DNA of 64,000 nucleotides from Microcoleus sp. bin38.metabat.b11b12b14.051 (GTDB lineage Bacteria; Cyanobacteriota; Cyanobacteriia; Cyanobacteriales; Microcoleaceae): NCBI RefSeq assembly GCF_013299165.1, contig NZ_JAAFKD010000023.1, positions 14,949 to 78,948 of the forward strand, read 5' to 3'. Shown piece by piece: positions 60,133 to 64,000 of this stretch (position 1 is its first letter; each line of letters starts with the position of its first letter). The notes under the pieces were generated by a model. It saw only the letters and a program-made list of their open reading frames with translations, ran no database searches and was not told where the DNA came from. The position numbers and the translations under genes were made by a program.

Positions 60133-60364
60133 CCGCCACCCAAAAACGAATCTCAGCCCCCGCAGGGCCCAAGTTCGCCACCTCAAATTTTAGACCCTAG
60201 TTGAAGAGCCCAGATTCATCAGAGCGAGTAAATCTAAAATTTTTCAAATCTAAAATCTAAAATCTAAAATCTAAAATCGACTGGTGGCTATTGACGCCTT
60301 GAGGGCGATCGGGCGATAATGAGGTAATCCCGATCGGGTAAATTTTCTGGTTCAAAAAAAGAAT

Positions 60365-60634
60365 ATGCTGAGATTCGCGATCGTAACTTTAGTAACTTTG
60401 GGATTAGTATTATTAACTGCATTGGGTTTATATCCCGCCAGTGCGACAGTCAGCAATCCCGAATTTTATGCTTGGAACTTTGCCTCTGTAGGCAGCAGCG
60501 AACTGGTTTGCAAAAAGACAGTTGTAGTTCCGCAAAACCAGATTTTGCAGTCATCATCAATGCAGGCTGTCAGTATCAATTCTGCAATTGTAGATCGCAA
60601 ATTTTGTGCGAATTCCACTAAGCCTATGAATTAA
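60365..60634 (+). CDS. Small secreted hypothetical protein
   Basis: Signal peptide ending ASA; two cysteines. Confidence 0.55.
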   Translation: MLRFAIVTLVTLGLVLLTALGLYPASATVSNPEFYAWNFASVGSSELVCKKTVVVPQNQILQSSSMQAVSINSAIVDRKFCANSTKPMN

Positions 60635-61071
60635 GGCAGTGCATCCTAGGATGTCGCCTCGAACCACACAATAAAATAGGTTTGTAGTGAGGACTTTAGT
60701 CCGCCTAAAAATCTGAGGACTAAAGTCCTCACTACGAATACTTTTTTAGAACGAATTAACCAGAGATTATATAGAGCTTGCCGCCATCCGCGGAGTGAAA
60801 GTGTTAACGGCACTTTTTATGAGAAACCACGATATATTTTGTAATAAAAATTCATCAAAACAGTCGGGCGCAGCAGTTTTATGCCCTGGAAAGTTTTCGC
60901 TCTCTTCCCAATTTTGCGACTTCTTAGAAGGTGACTTCAGAACCGAGGGAAAATCATTAGCCAAATGGCTAATGATTTATTGGCTAATTGGCCTAATCAG
61001 TAACTAGCTAGTTTGAGTATGCTAGAGTTAGTCAGGTTCTGATATATAGTGCCATCTGTAATCTAAGTATC

Positions 61072-62415
61072 ATGCTCAAAATTTTAGTCATAGAAGACGA
61101 CGAATTAATCCGGGAAACTCTTCTGCAACTCCTGGAATCTCACAGCTACCGGGCCATCGCGGCCGAAAACGGTCGATTTGGGGTGCAGATGGCACTTTCG
61201 GAGATCCCGGATTTAATTTTGTGCGACGTGCAGATGCCGGAACTCGACGGCTACGACGTGTTGCGGACGCTGCGACAGAACTCCCTAGCCGCAACAATTC
61301 CATTTATTTTCCTCACGGCTCAAAGTGCCAAAACCGATTTTCGTCGGGGGATGGAATTGGGGGCCGACGATTACCTGACAAAGCCGTTTACTAAGGATGA
61401 ATTGCTAGGAGCCATTGCTTCTCGCGTCTCGAAACGGCAAACTATTACTCAGCCCCTGACAATCGCGCTTCACCAAGCAGAAGCCAGACTCAAAGATTTA
61501 GCCAACGACTCGACCAAAGTTTGTGTCCTCTCCCCTGAAAAGCTCGCTCTGGAAGCTCTGCTGCGCCGTGCTTTGGCACAAGGTGAGTTTCAGGTATACT
61601 ATCAGCCGCAGGTGAATATTGCTACCGGACAAGTTATCGGCGCTGAAGCTTTGGTGCGGTGGCAAAATCCCGATCGAGGTATAATTTCTCCGGGCGAATT
61701 TATTCCCTTAGCAGAAGAAACAGGTTTAATTATTCAGATTGGCGAGTGGGTGCTGCTCTCAGCTTGCGCCCAAGCCGCGAGTTGGCTGGCGGCGGGATTC
61801 TCGCCTTTTACAATATCAGTAAATTTGTCGGCCAGGCAGTTGTCCGACCCAGAACTCAAGGCGCGAATCCTCCAAATATTAGAAACCACAGGCTTAGAGC
61901 CAGCTAATTTAGAATTAGAAATGACCGAAAGCGCTCTGGTGGAAAACGCGACAGTCGCAGGCGCAACTTTAAACCAACTCAAAGCTTTAGGAATTCGGAT
62001 TGCGATCGACGACTTCGGCACTGGTTACGCTACTTTAGGATATCTCAAGCAATTTGCTTTTGACAGCTTAAAGATCGATCGCATTTTTGTTCGCAATGCC
62101 AACGAAGACGCTCAAAATGCTGCTATTACCACAGCAGTAATTTTACTCGGTCACAGCTTGAACATGACAGTAATTGCTGAGGGAGTAGAAACAGAAGCAG
62201 AACTAGCTTTCCTGAAACAGCACAACTGCGATATCATGCAGGGGTATCTGTTCAGTCGCCCCGAACCCGCACCGACAATTGAAAATATGTTGGTTGCCGA
62301 CCAACGTTTGTTCGCGCAGCCCCTGGCAGCACCTGGTCGTGCTACCCCTTTTGCACCTGTGTCCGAACCGGAAAAATCAAAAAATCTTTCCATGTCAAGT
62401 CTGGGAATAGTGTAA
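61072..62415 (+). CDS. Response regulator-EAL phosphodiesterase
   Basis: REC (ILVIEDD, LILCDVQMP, GADDYLTKPF); YYQPQ...GAEALVRW; IDDFGTGY. Confidence 0.92.
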   Translation: MLKILVIEDDELIRETLLQLLESHSYRAIAAENGRFGVQMALSEIPDLILCDVQMPELDGYDVLRTLRQNSLAATIPFIFLTAQSAKTDFRRGMELGADDYLTKPFTKDELLGAIASRVSKRQTITQPLTIALHQAEARLKDLANDSTKVCVLSPEKLALEALLRRALAQGEFQVYYQPQVNIATGQVIGAEALVRWQNPDRGIISPGEFIPLAEETGLIIQIGEWVLLSACAQAASWLAAGFSPFTISVNLSARQLSDPELKARILQILETTGLEPANLELEMTESALVENATVAGATLNQLKALGIRIAIDDFGTGYATLGYLKQFAFDSLKIDRIFVRNANEDAQNAAITTAVILLGHSLNMTVIAEGVETEAELAFLKQHNCDIMQGYLFSRPEPAPTIENMLVADQRLFAQPLAAPGRATPFAPVSEPEKSKNLSMSSLGIV

Positions 62416-62729
62416 GCGCCACCATAATTTGTGTATAATAAAATAAAATTATTTCTTTTGCCGTCTATTTGGTACCCAAAAGTTGACGATGCCTCCTCAA
62501 AAGTTGTAGATTTTTAGGATAGACGAATCAAACAAATGAGAAATTAGTCCAACATTCCTCAACTTCTGCTCATTTTATTCGATCGGCGCCCGTAATTGGA
62601 CTACTTGAGGAATTGTGGCGTCTTGAAATTGGGAGTCTTTATCAAGTTGCAGCACGTAAACTCATTTAAGTTCCTACTTTGGGAGCCGCAGTTTCAAGAA
62701 CTGTCAACTGGAATTGGTGCAAGGCCCTC

Positions 62730-63395
62730 ATGGAAAGAATATTAGTAGTTGACGACGAAGCAGACTGTCAAACAGTCTTAGCAATGTACCTGGAAAGCCA
62801 AGGATACCGGGTTGAATGCGCTAATTCAGGAGTTGAGGCGCTCTCAATTTTTGAGAACGCACCCCCTGATTTGGTGATTTCAGATGTAATGATGCCAGAA
62901 ATGGACGGGTTTGAGTTTTGCCGCCGCTTGCGAACAACCCGTTTGGGACAGTTAGTCCCGTTTATATTTTTATCTGGTCAAGGCGAGATTGAGTCAAAAG
63001 TTGAAGGTCACGCGATCGGCGCTGACGATTATCTGGTAAAACCTTTTCAGTCTGAAGAAATCTTGGCTAAGGTCAAAGCGCAGTTAGAGCGCTCCCACCG
63101 CATTCACGCCGAGATTGTCCGACTGCTGCAAACTTCTAACGCTCGGGCGGTGGAGCCAAAAACTATCGCAGTATTGCCGAATCCAGCACCTTTACCGCTA
63201 ACACCAGCCGAGGAAAGGGTGTTTTGGGAAGTGATTCAAGGTTATACTAACAAACAAATTAGCGATCGGCTGTTTATTAGCCCCCGCACCGTGCAAGCTC
63301 ATCTAGGCAGCATCTTCAGCAAATTACAGTTAGAAAATCGCGCCCAGCTTGTGAGATTTGCCCTAGAAAGGGGATACAAAGTACCTCAAACTTAG
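62730..63395 (+). CDS. NarL/LuxR-type response regulator
   Basis: REC plus LTPAEERV...TNKQISDRLFISPRTVQAHLGSIFSKL. Confidence 0.92.
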   Translation: MERILVVDDEADCQTVLAMYLESQGYRVECANSGVEALSIFENAPPDLVISDVMMPEMDGFEFCRRLRTTRLGQLVPFIFLSGQGEIESKVEGHAIGADDYLVKPFQSEEILAKVKAQLERSHRIHAEIVRLLQTSNARAVEPKTIAVLPNPAPLPLTPAEERVFWEVIQGYTNKQISDRLFISPRTVQAHLGSIFSKLQLENRAQLVRFALERGYKVPQT

Positions 63396-63803
63396 CTCCT
63401 CTAGCCCTTCTAATTGAGGTGAGGTATGTCAGGTATTCATAGTTGGTAATTGATAATTGGCAATGGCTCGCGCTTGACATAACTCACTTAAAAAGCTCTA
63501 TTGGATATCACAATACTGTTAGGTTAAGAGATGGCAAGAGTCAAAACTAATGAAAAATAGAGACTCTTGTTTGCTTCGTTCCTCTCTTGGGACAATTGTT
63601 AAGTGAATCGTATTGCTATAGCGGTTCTCAAAAAATTGAGGTATGCCCTATGCCCTATGCCCTATGCCCCATGCCCTATGCCCTATGCCCGATAGTACCT
63701 CATCTTTCTGAGAAAGGCTATATATATCAAGCTAGGGTGCGCCAGCGGGTCAAACGCTTTCGTAGCTGCTAAAATAATCGCTGCTGACGCACTGTAAGAC
63801 TGA

Positions 63804-64000
63804 TTACTCCAAATTCAAAACACAATAAGGAAAACTCGTCGTGACGCAAACCACCGGCCCCAAATTCGTACCGCGCAAGTTGGCACGTTCCAAATCAGCC
63901 TGCCGCACGTTACTAGCAGCATCGATATTACTCCCAGTCAATTGACTTTTAGGAAGCCTGGTATTTGACAGAATAGCATTCTGCAAATTAGTATCGCGCA
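63804..64000 (-). CDS. C-terminal end of a pentapeptide-repeat protein (runs off the window)
   Basis: RDTNL-QNAIL-SNTRL...QADLE-RANLR-GTNL; the frame is open to the window edge. Confidence 0.6.
   Translation of the reverse strand, partial: RDTNLQNAILSNTRLPKSQLTGSNIDAASNVRQADLERANLRGTNLGPVVCVTTSFPYCVLNLE

Overview
Chromosomal window from a filamentous cyanobacterium. The basis is abundant HIP1 GCGATCGC sites, heptamer STRR arrays and the desA, xisH/xisI and Ycf35-type genes; the repeat repertoire suggests a Microcoleus/Tychonema-like Oscillatoriales genome (inference). Housekeeping genes (potC, ltaE, ilvA, polA, clpB, thrC, desA) and signalling genes (two histidine kinases, two REC-EAL proteins, a LuxR-type regulator, a Ser/Thr kinase) are interleaved with accessory modules. 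The most notable are: (1) a three-gene cassette of a PD-(D/E)xK/HsdR_N-ParA fusion plus two CTPase-degenerate ParB-like coiled-coil proteins ending in HhH and Rho_N-like domains (52.8-56.9 kb); (2) two DUF262 + HEPN (MAE_28990-type) pairs, one intact with a translation-factor-like beta-barrel on the RNase and one whose DUF262 gene appears internally deleted; (3) an HTH-GrpE-like + atypical Hsp70 pair; (4) a gene cassette bracketed by a perfect 39-bp HIP1-containing direct repeat; (5) MITEs with 10-bp target duplications, a nested MITE, and many tandem amplifications of REP-like hairpins. No rRNA, tRNA or CRISPR array was seen. All family assignments come from motif recognition by eye, not from database searches.
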